64,000 nt of DNA, from the NCBI RefSeq assembly GCF_006345805.1, contig NW_021831990.1:229-64228 (forward strand), read 5' to 3'. Made by a program: the position numbers and the translations under genes. This DNA is from Octopus sinensis. Lineage: Eukaryota. The notes under the pieces are model-generated. The model was not told the origin of the DNA and did not search any database. It saw only the letters and a list, made by a program, of their open reading frames with translations. Each line of letters opens with the position of its first letter. Positions within the stretch are counted from its first letter, which is position 1. Positions 1-13,742 of this stretch are shown here, piece by piece.

Positions 1-99
1 TCGCAAAAATATGTACCAGTTGAATACTGGGGTCATTGTAATCGACTTAACCCACTCCCCAAAATTGCTAGCGTTCTGCCAAAATTTGAATTCAATATC

Positions 100-153
<54 letters not shown>

Positions 154-159
154 TGTCAC

Positions 160-495
160 TCCGTCAAAGTAACAGCCTGCTCGTGGAATTAACTTGCAAG
201 TAAGTGGCTGAAAACTCCACAGATACATGTACCCTAAACGTAGTATTCGGGTGGGATATTTAGCATGACACAGAGTGTGACAAGGCTGGCCCTTCGAAAT
301 ACAGGTACAAAAGAAACAGGAAGAAAGGGTGGGAGAAAGTTGTGCTGAAAGAGTACAGAAGAGTTCGCCACCATCACCAACCCTTGCCGGAGTCTCGTAG
401 AACTTTAGAGGTTTTCACTCAATAAACACTCACAACGCCCAGTCTGGTTGGGAATCGAAACCACGATACTCCGACCGCGAGTTCTCTGCCCTAAC
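160..495 (-). mobile_element. SINE family C
   Basis: Reverse complement of 7590-7950 (gtggttagggcag..actcgcggtc head; gccagccttgtcacactctgtgtca body). Confidence 0.8.
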
Positions 496-572
496 CACAC
501 ACACACACACCACCATATATATTTATATGTGGTGGAGTGTACATATATTTACGAATGTATACACATGCATAA

Positions 573-575
<3 letters not shown>

Positions 576-648
<73 letters not shown>

Positions 649-686
649 GGGATGGATGGATGGATGGATGGATGGATGGATGGATG

Positions 687-765
<79 letters not shown>
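576..765. repeat. (GATA)n/(GATG)n/(GACA)n microsatellite
   Basis: Directly visible. No LINE attached. Confidence 0.95.
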
Positions 766-766
<1 letters not shown>

Positions 767-1459
767 TGATTTATATATAGAATGTTTCTTCTCAACTTCA
801 GAAACTTATTTTTAGCATTAATAGATTTTTTAGCAAACTCATCACGTACGTTGGTCTTAAATAATATTAGTATCAATTTTCGTGATTCCACTTCTTTCTC
901 TGTAGTCATTTATAACGCAGACTGATTATAGTTAAATATCAGACGTTTATTGTATATATTAATATCTCAGGCTATATTTAGTTCGGCTAAATATAGTCTG
1001 GGGTCAGCAGCTCATGACGATGGCTGCATATTTTTCAGTTTACATGTATGATTCGAATACTATCACAGGTGTGTCGGGTCACCATACATTCTAATATGCG
1101 TAATGAAGCTAGTGTGCTAAATTTCAAGCATGTGTATCAATAACTGAATATATAAATATGTATATGTATGTGTGTGTATATGTGTGAGTGACCCTCTCTC
1201 TGTCTCTGTATTTATGTATGTATGTATGTATGTATGTATGTATGTATGTATGTATGTATTTTGTATGTATGTATGTATGTATGTATGTATGTATGTATGT
1301 AGATAAAACTTACTTGGAAAAGGACGCGTGGCGTTCAATCATATAATAATATAAATAATATATAAATATATGCACATATACATACATATATGTACATACC
1401 TACATATATATGTATATATACATTCATATATGGGTACATGACATCAAAAAGACGTTCAG

Positions 1460-1720
1460 TACAATGAGAAACAAAAGCGTAAAAAGAAACACATAGAAAC
1501 GAACTTTTTTTCGAACAACGAAAAAATCAAACAGAGAAACGAGACATACAACATAAAGAATGTTCCCCTTCTTCAGTTGACCCTGTTTCATCTACCCCGC
1601 GTTACAAAGACAAGGACAAGACGCGACTTCGTTGAAACAATCCTTCCCGCAAAGCAAATTAAATAAAATTTGGGATTTTTTGCGGAGGGTGAAAGTGGTA
1701 ACAAGAACAGGACAGTGAGA
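1460..1720 (-). repeat. Dispersed pLTR-like repeat (also 32690-32890, plus)
   Basis: Shared aacgaagtcgcgt.ttgtcc...acgcgg.gtagat.aaacaggg..aa.tga.gaagggg. Confidence 0.55.
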
Positions 1721-2083
1721 ACAAAACAGTAAACACAAATGGTAAGGGCTGTTAAGTCAAGACGATGGAAAAATTGTTATGAACGCTAGGAAGACGAGCT
1801 TATGAGAGGAGACAGTATAAGTACGTTTAGTTTTTACGAAGGTTATGGGTAGAAAGGTAGATTCTCTTTCGTCACGTATCAGCGACGAGAGAGTCGAGGA
1901 GGAGGAGTGAGAGAGAGGAAACGGTGAAGAGGAGAGAAGAATAGGGAAGGTAGGACAATATATATCTATATATATATATATACACGCATTAATTATATAT
2001 ATACACTTTATTAACATATGTATATGTATAATATAATATATAATATATATATATTATATATATACACACACACATTATAATAT

Positions 2084-2115
<32 letters not shown>

Positions 2116-2188
2116 ATATATATTATCGCTATGGACTCCGTGTGAGCAGTCATCTAAGAGTTTTTGTTCATCTTGATGCTGACATAAG

Positions 2189-2285
2189 TTCCTTGTTTTT
2201 CCTGATGAGAAGGCGGCATAATGCACCCCTTATTCCTTCGAAATTAGGAATATGCAGCTTCGAAACATATGTCGAGAATAAGGAA
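2189..2285 (+). ncRNA. Type I hammerhead ribozyme fold in a Penelope-like pLTR fragment
   Basis: Stem I ttcctt/aaggaa and ttttc/gagaa. Core CUGAUGA 2202-2208. Stem II gaag/cttc with an inserted hairpin. GAAA 2262-2265, palindromic ACAUAUGU stem III, GUC site at 2271-2273. Confidence 0.7.
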
Positions 2286-2716
2286 TTTTGTTAAATCGTC
2301 GTTCAACTCCATTCTTTCATTTATTGTATTAAAAAACACACACATTCCCACACGAAAGCACGTGATCTCTGCCCTTGGCATGTAGCTTCAACCGTGTTTT
2401 TCTGAGTGAATTTGCTACCCAGGTATCGGTTAACCGAATTTCCATACTAAGATAATTCATTCAACTACCTAAATATATATATATATTATATATATATATA
2501 TATATAGATATATAAGGGAGAGTTTACGAAAACAAAACACGAAGACAGGTGGTGTACAAAACAACAGATGTATTAGTATAACGCTCAGGAATAGAAAAAG
2601 TGTTTTACGTTTAGAGCTTACGCTTTTTTACAGAAAGGGACACAGAAAAAAACAAGGAGCGAAAAAAATGTTTGTAGTGGCTAACGATCTATCATGGCTA
2701 ACGATCCATCATATAT

Positions 2717-2758
<42 letters not shown>

Positions 2759-2789
2759 ATATATATTATATATATATATACGCATGCGA

Positions 2790-3110
2790 TACATTATTTG
2801 CACGATGTGGAGAATATATCACCAGCATTGCCCAAACGACCTGAACATTAGCTTCAAAATTCATCCAAGGCTAGGACCACAGACCTTACGTCCCTTACCC
2901 AACTCAGGATCACATAAATACACTGCAACACAATTTTTTTCCTCAACACGCCATGTCCTATTTAACATTGTCCCGAAACAGATCAAAGAGGAAAAGATCC
3001 CATAACCTTTAAACGGAATCTGGACAAATTTCTTCAAAGAATACCAGATAAGCCACCTATACCGGGATACAACTCACTCAGCAAGAACCCCTTCCTCGAA
3101 TGGAGCATGG
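2790..3110 (+). mobile_element. CR1/L2-group LINE 3' end fragment
   Basis: Frame ...FKRNLDKFLQRIPDKPPIPGYNSLSKNPLLEW, typical of CR1/L2-group ORF2 C-termini. Confidence 0.6.
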
Positions 3111-3114
3111 TATT

Positions 3115-3162
<48 letters not shown>

Positions 3163-3175
3163 TGTTTATGTGTGT

Positions 3176-3571
3176 ACGCAGGAGTGGCTGTGTGGTAAGT
3201 AGCTTGCTTACGAACCACATGGTTCCGGGTTCAGTCCTACTGCGTGGCACCTTGGGCAAGTGTCTTCTGCTATAGCCTCGGGCCAACCAAAGCCTTATGA
3301 GTGGATTTGGTAGACGGAAACTGAAAAGAAGCCCGTCGTATATATTTATATATATGTATATGTATGTGTGTGTGTATGTGTTTGTGTGTCCTCCCCCCAC
3401 TTGACAACCGATGCTGGTGTGTTTAGGTCCCCGTAACTTAGCGGTTCGGCAAAAGAGAGCCATAGAATAAGTACTAGGCTTACAAAGAATAAATCCTGGG
3501 GGTCGATTTCATTCGACTAAAGGCAGTGCTCCAGCATGGCCGCAGTCAAATGACTGAAACAAGTAAAAGAG
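3176..3571 (+). mobile_element. SINE family B (tRNA-like head, internal microsatellite, AGTAAAAG tail)
   Basis: gcaggagtggctgtgtggtaag...gcaccttgggcaagtgtcttct...gtcaaatgactgaaacaagtaaaagag, repeated many times in the window. Confidence 0.88.
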
Positions 3572-3949
3572 TACGTGAATGTATGTGTGTTTGTCTGGGT
3601 GTGTGTATGTGTATGTGTGCGTATTTCTGTGTTGTTGTGTGTGTGAGTGTGTGTGTCTCTTTGTAAGTGGTGTGTGTGTGCATCTGTATTTGTGTATGTG
3701 AGTGCGAATGTGTTCCTGTGTTTGAGTGTGTGTGTGTTTATGTGTTTGCGTATGTGTATGTGTGCTTGTGACTAAGCGTGCATGCGTACTTGTGTGGGTG
3801 CGTGCACGTGCGTGTGTGCAGGTACGTGTATGTGCGGGTATGTTAATGTACCAAGATTAACATTTTTAGGTGTGTGTAGGTAAGAATGGGAGTCGAAAGA
3901 AGAGAAATGAAAACGTACTGAGATGAAGGAAGGCGAGCGTCATAGGTTA

Positions 3950-4425
3950 AGGGAAGAAAGAAAGAAAATACAGGAACAAGACGAGGAGGAGGAGGAGGAG
4001 GGAGGGAAGAGGAGGGAGGGAAGAGGAGCAAGAGGAAGAGGAGAAACAGGAGGGGAGAGGAGGAGAAACAGGAGGGGAAGAGGAGGAGATAGAAGGGAGG
4101 GCGAGGAGAAAGAGGACGAGAGGACGAGGAGAAAGAGGAAGAGAGGACGAGGTGTAAGAGGAGGGGAGGATGAGGAGAAAGAGGAGGGGAGGAGGAGAAA
4201 GAGAGGGGAAGAGGAGGAGAAAGAAGGGAGGGCGAGGAGAAAGCGGAAGAGAGGACGAGGAGAAAGAGGATAGGAGGATGAGAAGATGAGGAGAAGAGGA
4301 GACAGAGGATAGGAGGAGAAAGAGGTGGAAATGGTGGTGGAGGAGGAGGAGGAGGTGCAAGAGGAGGAGGAGGAGGAGGTGCAAGAGGAGGAGGAGGAGG
4401 AGGTGCAAGAGGAGGAGGAGGTGCA
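3950..4425. repeat. Purine-rich (GGA/GA) low-complexity tract with a 24-bp tandem unit at its end
   Basis: GAGGAG-rich, with (ggaggaggaggaggaggtgcaaga) repeated ~4 times at ~4340-4430. Confidence 0.85.
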
Positions 4426-4822
4426 AGAGGCTAAAAAGAACGTCGATACCTCGACGACAGCAGCGACAACAATAGCAACAACAACAACAACAACAGCAAC
4501 AAACGTATAACGAAATTACAATTAACAAAATGCCATGGATCTGGTGAGTGGTGGGGAGATGGAGGGAGTCGGAGCTTAAAATTGAAACAAAGGCGAAAGC
4601 TAAAACAAAAGATAGGTAAGACTATATTAACGGGGTGTAGAGCAGGTGTAAATTAACTTTCAGGTAACAAGATCAGCAAGTTCTCTCACAAAAATTAATT
4701 TTAATTAGGTAATAATAACTAAAGAAGGAGCTTCTATGAATTATTAAGTAAAGTTGGTTTAAAATGATATAATAAATTAAAAATTGGTTATGTGGGATTC
4801 TGAATGGAATAAGTAATTATAT

Positions 4823-5414
4823 ATTCTTTTCTACTCTAGGCACAAGGCCCGAATTTTTGAGGGAAGGGGCCAGTCGATTAGATCGAATCCTGTACGCAAC
4901 CGGTACATAATTTATCGACCCCGAACGGATGAAAAGCAAAGTCGATCTCGCCGAAATTTGAACTTAACTCAGAACATAGCGGCAGACGAAATACCTATTT
5001 CTTTACTACCCACAAGGGGCTAAACACAGAGAGGACAAACAAAGACAGACAAACGGATTAAGTCGATTATATCGACCCCAGTGCGTAACTGGTACTTATT
5101 TAATCGACCCCGAAAGGATGAAAGGCGAAGTCGACCTCGGCGGAATTTGAACTCAACTCAGAACATAAAGACAGACGAAATACCTATTTCTTTACTACCA
5201 TTAAGGGGCTAAACACAGAGAGGACAAACAAAGACAGACAAACAGATTAAGTCGATTACATCGATCCCAGTGCCTAACTGGTACTTATTTAATCGACCCC
5301 GGAAGGATAAAAGCAAAGTCAACCTCGGAGGAATTTGAACTCAGAACGTAACGGCAGACGAAATACCGTTAAGAATATCGTCCGGCGTGGTAACGTTTCT
5401 GCCAGATCGCCGTC
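4823..5414 (-). mobile_element. SINE family A trimer (tail-B host + two tail-A units)
   Basis: ~190-bp units joined as ...cagacgaaatacc|tatttctttactacccacaagggg at 4995/4996 and 5184/5185. Confidence 0.88.
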
Positions 5415-5434
5415 TTAGTACGTGTGTTAATAAT

Positions 5435-5652
5435 CTTCTCTTCTCTAGGCACAAAGTCCGAAATTTTAGGGGAGGGGGCTAGTCGATTAGATTGATTCCA
5501 ATACGCAACTGGTACCTAATTTATCAAATCTAAAAGGATGAAAAGCAAAGTCGACCTCGGTGGAATTTGAACTCAACTCAGAACGTAAAGACAGGCGAAA
5601 TACCGCCAAGAATTTCGCCCGGCGTGCTAACGTTTCGGACAGCTCGCCGCCT
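5435..5652 (-). mobile_element. SINE family A monomer, tail B
   Basis: Same head and body with a ctctaggcacaaag...ggggaggg tail. Confidence 0.82.
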
Positions 5653-5835
5653 TCATTATTTATATATTATACAGAATTGGTGCAGTTTTGGCTGCGGTTA
5701 AGGAGGTCGCTTGGCAATCATGTTGTTTTGGGTTCAGTGTCTAATGCACTGCACCTTAAGCAAGTATCTTCTCCTGTAGCCCTGGACCGACCAATGACTT
5801 GTGAGTGAATTTGCGAGACTGAAAGAAGCCCGTTG

Positions 5836-5868
<33 letters not shown>

Positions 5869-6434
5869 ATTCATACACACACAAACACAGACAGACAAGC
5901 GCACGCACACACATATATTCTTTTACTTGTTCCAGTCATTTGTATGCGGCCATGCATATATATAATATATATATATATATAATATAATTAAAAATGAGGG
6001 TGTCTAAAAGACACCAACATGCCGAAATAGCAGTCGAACACTGACTATAGTACCACGTTAAATGTTCATATCGCACCATGAGGTAAGCGGAGGGACAAAA
6101 CATACAAGCAAAATTATTGAATAATTCAAGATCCAAGGATTTCTGGTTCTGCTTTAGATAAGCTTTACCGTCATCAATTGAATATATCAAGGGTACATAA
6201 ATACAGAATATATATGCACAGCAAACGATATACTTACATATACGAGCGTCGATATATAATAATATATATATATATATATATAATAGCAAAAACTGTCTGA
6301 TGAACGGCAACGAGAAACTCAGAGTACAGATTTGTTGAATTTTCTGCTGCTTTAAATAAAGCATATTACTCTACCACTGGTATTTGAGTACTCTTTTTTT
6401 CCACCTTGTTTCACATTTATGTGTTTACTCCGGT

Positions 6435-6499
<65 letters not shown>

Positions 6500-6506
6500 T
6501 ATATAT

Positions 6507-6538
<32 letters not shown>

Positions 6539-6551
6539 ATATATATATATA

Positions 6552-6629
<78 letters not shown>

Positions 6630-7133
6630 ATAGATATAGATATATGGGGTTGTATAAAAATATAAGTTAAGAAAAATAACACGAAGTGGCCAGAGGCAAG
6701 TGCTTTAATAACTTAGACAAATACCGGTATGTAAAATACCTTATAATACAAAACAAAGTATGAATCATAATTATCAAACGGCAATTAAGACCAGCTCCAC
6801 GTGAGAAGGGGAGATAAAATTCAAATAGTCTCCAAAACTGACATACCATTAAGGAAAGGGACAGGCTTATTGCCTGCAGACAGGCCGAACAGTCGAGGAC
6901 ACATGTCTCTGGCTCAAGAACCTTCGTCAGTACAACAATCGTCCCACCTAATCTCCAGCAGCCAAAGGAATTTAGACTTATTCGGAACGGAGTAGAAAAC
7001 AGTTAGGGTCCAATTTAGATAATTTAAACAAAGTGAGAGATAGATGATGATGATGAGGAGGAGGAGGATGACGATGATGATGATGATAATGGTGATGGTG
7101 ATGATGACGACGATGATGATGACGATGATGATA

Positions 7134-7192
<59 letters not shown>

Positions 7193-7329
7193 GGTGATGG
7201 TGAGAATTATGATACCGGCGAGGACCACAACGACGACCATGCCTCAGTTATGCCCTCTGACCATTACTTGTCATGAACAGCAAAGCGAAGACGACGTTAT
7301 TACCTAATTAATGGCTTACACCGTTTACT

Positions 7330-7575
7330 GCGACTTTATATTCCTGTCAAATCTTCCTTTGTCACCCGTTTTGGTAATACCTCATCTATCACTTATCGCT
7401 TCTTGTATTCACCGTTCCACGACATCCGTGCAACGAACGATGTTGTTCGATGCATCTACAAATAAATCTCCCCACCCCTCCACCATGCCTTCCATCACGA
7501 TGCCTGCGTAAAGCGGAAAGGCATCATCAAAACTGTCCGTATTGAATATCCGATGCCATCACCCTTGTTTAAGAC
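7330..7575 (-). mobile_element. Degenerate APE endonuclease fragment of a LINE
   Basis: Minus frame LRRHRDGRHGGGVGRFI resembles the DRxxxxGGGV motif, with stops upstream. Confidence 0.35.
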
Positions 7576-7584
7576 TAAATGTGA

Positions 7585-8340
7585 AGGCCTAATGGCTCAG
7601 TGGTTAGGGCAGCGGACTCGCGGTCATAGGATTGCAGTTTCAATTCCCAGACCGGGCGTTGTGAGTGTTTATTGAGCAAAAACACCTAAAGCTCCACGCG
7701 GCTCCGGCAGGTGGTGGTGAAGAACCCTGCTGTACTCCTTCACCACAACTTTCTCTCACTCTTTCTTCTTGTTTCGGGTGTGCCTGTATTTCAAAGGGCC
7801 AGCCTTGTCACACTCTGTGTCACGCTGAATCTCCCTGAGAACTATGTTAGGAGTACACGTGTTTGTGGAGCACTCAGCCACCTGCACGTTACATTCACGA
7901 GCAGACTGCTCTATTGATTGGATCAACTGGAACCCTCGTCATCGTAACCGACGGAGTGCTGTAGTAAGACTAACGATGGTTCTAGGAATTTTCGCCGTAG
8001 ACATTTTTGCCGTAGTTAAATTCACCATTAAAAAAAGGTCGTTATTTGTGATAAATATCTATAGTGGAGGTACATGGCCTAGTAGTTAGAGCAGCGGACT
8101 CGCGGTCGAGGGATTGCGGGTTCGAATCTTAGACCAAGCGATGTGTGTATTTAGGAGCGAAACGCCTAAGCTCCACGCGGTTCCGGCAGAAGTTAATGGC
8201 GAACTTCTGCTGACTCTTTCGCCACAACTTTCTCTCCTCCTGCATCTCCCGTCCCGTCCAGGTGTGGAACCTATTCGCCAAGGAAACCGGAAACCCGGCC
8301 CTTATGAGCCAGGCGTAGCTCGAGAAGGAACAAACAACAA
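7585..8340 (+). mobile_element. Two SINE family C copies (7585-7958; 8070-8340 with an alternative 3' half)
   Basis: tRNA-like heads with A/B-box-like motifs. The second copy ends gagaaggaacaaacaac. Confidence 0.82.
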
Positions 8341-8784
8341 ATATCTATAAGATGGTACAAAAGAATATATTAGACTTTGCAAGACTTTATAAGAGGTGTT
8401 GAAAGTGTCATCCTTCATTTTCTATACATGACTCTTCTATACATGTTTTGAAATACATCTTGGAGAAAGAAATTCGCTGCGGAGGGACTTTTTGAACATC
8501 CTATACTACCGTCCTTGGAATCTTCAATCTCACTCTCACATCATCTTCTCTATCTTTTTTTTTACGTAGATTTTCTACTCTTGTTGTTATAAGTCGTTCT
8601 TCTCTACTTCTACTTCTACCGCTGCTTCGTTCATCATCGTTTATTCTCTCAACATTATTCTTTCTTTCATTGCTCTGAACTTTCTCTTCAAGTTACTATT
8701 CTTTTTAATACTCTGTAACTCAATCCTGTAGCTTGCTATCACTGGCTGTCTTCCATAACTCCCTCCTTTACCTTCTTCACAGCT

Positions 8785-8797
8785 CCTATCGCTCTCG

Positions 8798-8839
<42 letters not shown>

Positions 8840-9054
8840 CTTTCTCTCCCTCCTTTCTCTCTCTCTCTATCTCTATCCATCTATCTATCTCTCTTTTCTC
8901 TCCCTCCTTTCTCTCTCACTCTATCTCTCTCCCTATCTCTCTCGCTCTCTCTCTATCTATCTATCTATCTCTCTTTCTCTCCCTCCTTTCTCTCTCTTTC
9001 TATCTATCTCTATCCATATATCTATCTCTCTTTTCTCTCACTCTACCTTTCTCC

Positions 9055-9114
<60 letters not shown>

Positions 9115-9235
9115 CTCTTTCTCTTCCTCCTTTCTCTCTATCTCTATCTCTATCCATCTATCTATCTCTCTTTTCACTCCCTCTTTTCTCTCTCACTCTA
9201 TCTCTCTCCCTATCTCTCTCGCTCTCTCCCTTCTT
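8785..9235. repeat. Compound (CT)n/(CTAT)n microsatellite with higher-order duplication
   Basis: Repeated blocks ctatctatctctcttt(t)ctctccctccttt. Confidence 0.85.
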
Positions 9236-9361
9236 CATTTGCTCTCTCCTATTCACTTCGTTCCTTACTTTGTTTCTATCGCCATACTTTCTTTCTGCTA
9301 TTCATTCTCTCAATCACGTTTCATCTTCAACTGACTGACGCAATGATATTATTTCCATTCT

Positions 9362-9775
9362 CTTTTACTCTTTTACTCATGTCAGTCATTTGACTGTGGC
9401 CATGCTGGAGCACCGCCTTTAGTCGAGCAAATCGACCCCAGACTTATTCTTTGGAAGCCTAGTACTTATTCTATCGGTCTCTCTTGCCGAACCGCTAAGT
9501 TACAGGGACGTAAACACACCAGCATCGGTTGTCAAGTGATGTTGGGGGGGGGCAAGCAAAGCACAAAAACATATACACACACATACACATATACATATAT
9601 ATACATATAGACGACGGGCTTCTTTCAGTTTCCGTCTACCAAATCCATCGCACAAAGGCTTGGTCGGCCCGAGGCTATAGTAGAAGACACTTGCCCAAGG
9701 TTCCACGCAGTGGGACTGAACCCGGAACCATGTGGTTGGTAAGCAAGCTACTTACCACACAGCCACTCTTGCGCC
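9362..9775 (-). mobile_element. SINE family B
   Basis: Reverse complement of the family consensus. Confidence 0.88.
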
Positions 9776-11143
9776 TATAAAACCATTTGGTTCTGTTCAG
9801 GGCAGTATTGAACCCTGGCCAGAAACTCCAGCTAGTTATCTATACATTTACCTACAAGGCTACCTAGACTCCCATTATTTACATTATTTACATTTGTCCT
9901 TATCTTTTTCTTCAAATGTAAATAATGTACATAATTCCTCATCTCTCAAATATAGAACTGAGGCAATGATATTTATAGAGAGTGTGTTGTGATAAAAGTA
10001 CAATCATTATTCCCAGCTAGATGGAATATTTTACTCTTAATGAAATTATAACACTGTACTTATCTAGTACTGTGTCACCATAAAATACATCCAATACACC
10101 TGTAGAAAGAGCTTTTGGCTGTAGAAGCTACCTTAATATAAATGCCACGAGTCAGAGATGGTCCTCCAACCCCTGTGTCTAGGAGGCCTGTAACTCCGAA
10201 TGAAGAACAGACACAGATTATGATGAACCGTCCAACCCGTGACTAGGAAAAATTGATGCAAAATGATGATGATGATGATAATGATGGTGGATGTGGTCGT
10301 GATGGTCGTGGTGGTCGTGGTGGTGCTGTTGCTGGTGCTGGTGTCAATTGTCTCTTCTCAGTTAATTGCAATGCAGAATCACGGCAACTGACATTGTGAG
10401 CAGATAAATATCAAGACAGATTACCAATGAAAAGTGAACAACATTTGTTACACTTTTTTTGACAACAGATATACCTTCTCTCATCCGGCGACAATCTGTT
10501 ATAAGATTTCTTTGGTTGATGTGACTTTGAGTGGCTGACAAGATCAGCCTTACAAGCACAAACACGATTACAAGTTAAACACTTGAATGGATTATAAATA
10601 TCTATACTTTCGTTTCAATTATGCGAGATTAATGCGAGCCTTTTCATACGCGCTTGGAGTCATTGAATATATTTTTCTCTCCAGCATCCCAAATCAACTA
10701 CATTTTTCTTATTTCGCAAACTTCCATATGATTAGGTTTTCAGATCATATATAAAAATCTTTTTGTCTAAATTTCTGTTTGTGTGGTGGGATCCAGAACG
10801 TAGTTCTCCAAAGACAAGGCACTTTAGAATTCTGGAATTCTTTAATCAACCATAAGAGCTATATAGCCTATCCACCTTGGGAAAATATTTTGCAAAGGAA
10901 CTTCTATGTTTACAATATTCGCTAGCTTCAAAATCTCAACTTCACTCACAAAATCTATCCGACATTTATGAAAAATTCAACAGCACTTTTCCTGTAAATA
11001 CTCTGGAATTCAAAAGTTTTAAGTTTTATCATATGCCGCTACTTTAGAGTCCACACGAGGTTTTCTAGGACAGTAATGATAAAGAACCAAACTTTCAACA
11101 AGATGTATTGTCTTATATGTGTATGTGTGTTTGTGTGTGTGTG

Positions 11144-11184
<41 letters not shown>

Positions 11185-11367
11185 TGTGTGTGTGTGTGTG
11201 CATGTAAATTAAGTGGAAAAAAGGAGAAATCTTGATCAATAACAGCTGACTACCATCCATTATTATTTTTGGATTCAAAACATTATCCCAGGATTATCAT
11301 AGATAATTTATACTGGTAGTAAAACGGATTCTTATCCTTAGACGGTTACTCCAATATGAATGTGGTA

Positions 11368-11399
<32 letters not shown>

Positions 11400-11652
11400 T
11401 ATATTATATATATACACCCATTCATGCATATATTATATAATATATTCACATCCACACACGCACGCACTTATACACTCACACCCACGCACGCACACGCTCA
11501 ACCGGAATAGCTACTAATGGTTTCATGCATTTATGATACTTTAACTTAGTATATTTATAAAATACGCCATGTATCTCCAAGAACTTTTGTTTCTCACTAG
11601 AGGGAGTACTTTTTTTTGTTGATTCTAGATATATTGAATGTACAAACTACAT

Positions 11653-11688
<36 letters not shown>

Positions 11689-12162
11689 GAGGGGGAGAGA
11701 GACAGAAAGGGAGAGAGCTAGAGACTACGCACACAAGCTGCACCTGAGCAACTTGACCTTCGAACTGGCTTTATTAGCGCCTTATTTTCTGCTCATTATC
11801 TGACTTCAGTAAGATATTTGTATTAATTTGTATTTCATTACCTTTGTTCATTTGATTATTTATGGCCCAGGTCGTACTCCAAGCATTCCGAAAACAAGCT
11901 TCTTTCGCATTTTAAAACCCTTACTCTCGTAAACAAATTGATAATATATATTTCTTATATTAACAAGGAGAATAACTCTGCTTTACATTGTAAAAAACAA
12001 ATACTATCCGGTTGAACAAAAGAATCACCTGTAGATTTAGATTAGATTCCCCAATCCTGACAGCTAGATTCTTCTAAATTGATTACGGCGGTATTAGAAG
12101 TTAGAATTTAAAAACTAAGCAGTAGTGATGATGTACCGAAAATACGTATTTAATTCATTGAA

Positions 12163-12391
12163 GGCGGCGAGCTGGCAGAATCGTTAGGACGCGGGGCAAA
12201 ATGCGTAGCCGTATTTCGTCTGCGGTTACGTTCTGAGTTCAAATTCCGTCGAGGTCGACTTTGCCTTTCATCCTTTTGGGGTCGATAAATTAAGTACCAG
12301 TTACGCACTGGGGTTGATGTAATCGACTTAATCCGTTTGTCTGTCCTTGTTTGTTCCCTCTGTGTTTAGCCCCTTGTGATCAATAAAGAAA
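12163..12391 (+). mobile_element. SINE family A monomer, tail A, 13-bp TSD
   Basis: tRNA-like head GGCGGCGAGCTGGCAGAA...GAGTTCAAATTCC. TSD tatttaattcatt at 12147-12159 and 12392-12404. Confidence 0.9.
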
Positions 12392-13204
12392 TATTTAATT
12401 CATTTCAAACTCTTTAAATTTCTATCGAAGGTAGTCATTTATAATATGCGATTTCATCCTTATTTCAAATTGTCAGGACAGCATTACCCAAGACAAAAAG
12501 AAAATTAAACTAAATTTAAAATTTTACGAAGCGAGACATTACTTAGAGATGGAAAATAATTTCAATATGGAAGACACTCATGGAATGTGTTTTATTTTTC
12601 CTTCATCGTTAATGTTTCAGCAATTTAGAGAGAAGAGAGAGAGAGATTTGCCTGTTTCCCTGTTTCTATACTATTCCATTAATAATGAATTTAATTCCTT
12701 ATTCCTATATCATTAATGATTATTTCTAATTTTGGGAAAACGCCAATAATTTTCAGGGAGGAGCAAGTTGATTACATCGATACCAGAACTTAATTCCATC
12801 TTTCTCTCTCCCCCCTTTTCTCTCTCTCTTTCTCCCTCTCTCTCTGTACTCTCTCTCTCTCTCACTCACTCTCTCTCTCTATCAATTTATCTATCTCCCT
12901 ACACCTCTGTCGCTGCTTCACTTTGTTCACACTAACGGGACATTTAATCATTATTCATTCCACTATAACTGAATTTTATCCCGTATTGCAATATTTATTC
13001 TATTGTTACTGAATTTTAATTTCAAAATAGAGATCAAAAAGTCGACAGAAGTGCATGGAATCTTCTTTTATTTAATCTATATACTTTTCTTTCAAATCAC
13101 CTGGTGCTCTACTTCCTGCTTATCCATCCATGAAAGACAAAAAGTGTACCAGTAATTTAGTATTTCAATCTTGAGTATTATGGGTCAGTACTCATGGAAT
13201 TGTC

Positions 13205-13742
13205 GCTCAATCTTTATGCTATCATGGCTCAATCGTTATAGTAACATAACTCAATCTTCATAGTATTAGGATTCAATCTTTATTGTAGCATGGTTCAATC
13301 TTTATAGCATTATGACTCAGTTTTTATAGTATTATGACTCAATCGTTATAGTATTATGACTCAATCTTTACAGTATTATGACTCAGACTTTATAGTATTA
13401 TGACTCAATCTTTATAGTATTATGACTCAGTTTTTATAGTATTATGACTCAATCTTTATAGTAACGTGGCTCAATCTTCATAGTATTATGGCTCAATCTT
13501 TATAGTAACATGGCTCAATTTTTATAGTAACATGGCTCAATCTTCATAGTATTATGGCTCAATCTTTATAGTAACATGACTCAATCTTTATAGTACTATA
13601 GCTCAATCTTTATAGCAACATAGTTCAATCTTCATAGTAGAATGACTCAATCTTTATAGTAACATGACTCAATCTTTATAGTACTATAGCTCAACCTTTA
13701 TTGTAACATGGCTCAATCTTAATAGTATTGTGGCTCTATCTT
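13205..13742. repeat. 22-bp minisatellite, ~24 copies
   Basis: Unit tcaatctttatagtattatgac with recurring variants. Confidence 0.92.

Noticed and set aside
523-909. ORFs such as SIYL/IYIY/HTHT/CVCV/poly-I here and throughout the window
   Set aside because: Translations of GATA, TA, CA and TAA microsatellites.
3923-4528. Glu/Arg-rich or Leu/Ser-rich proteins
   Set aside because: Purine-rich low-complexity repeat, open in several frames, with no domain or splice support.
8733-9338. 201-aa ORF
   Set aside because: Compound CT/CTAT microsatellite.
12163-12260. tRNA genes (here and at other SINE heads)
   Set aside because: A/B-box-like heads continue into SINE bodies with tails and TSDs, and I could not fold a clean cloverleaf.
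13205-13742. CRISPR-like array
   Set aside because: Contiguous 22-bp units with no unique spacers and no cas genes, in a eukaryotic context.
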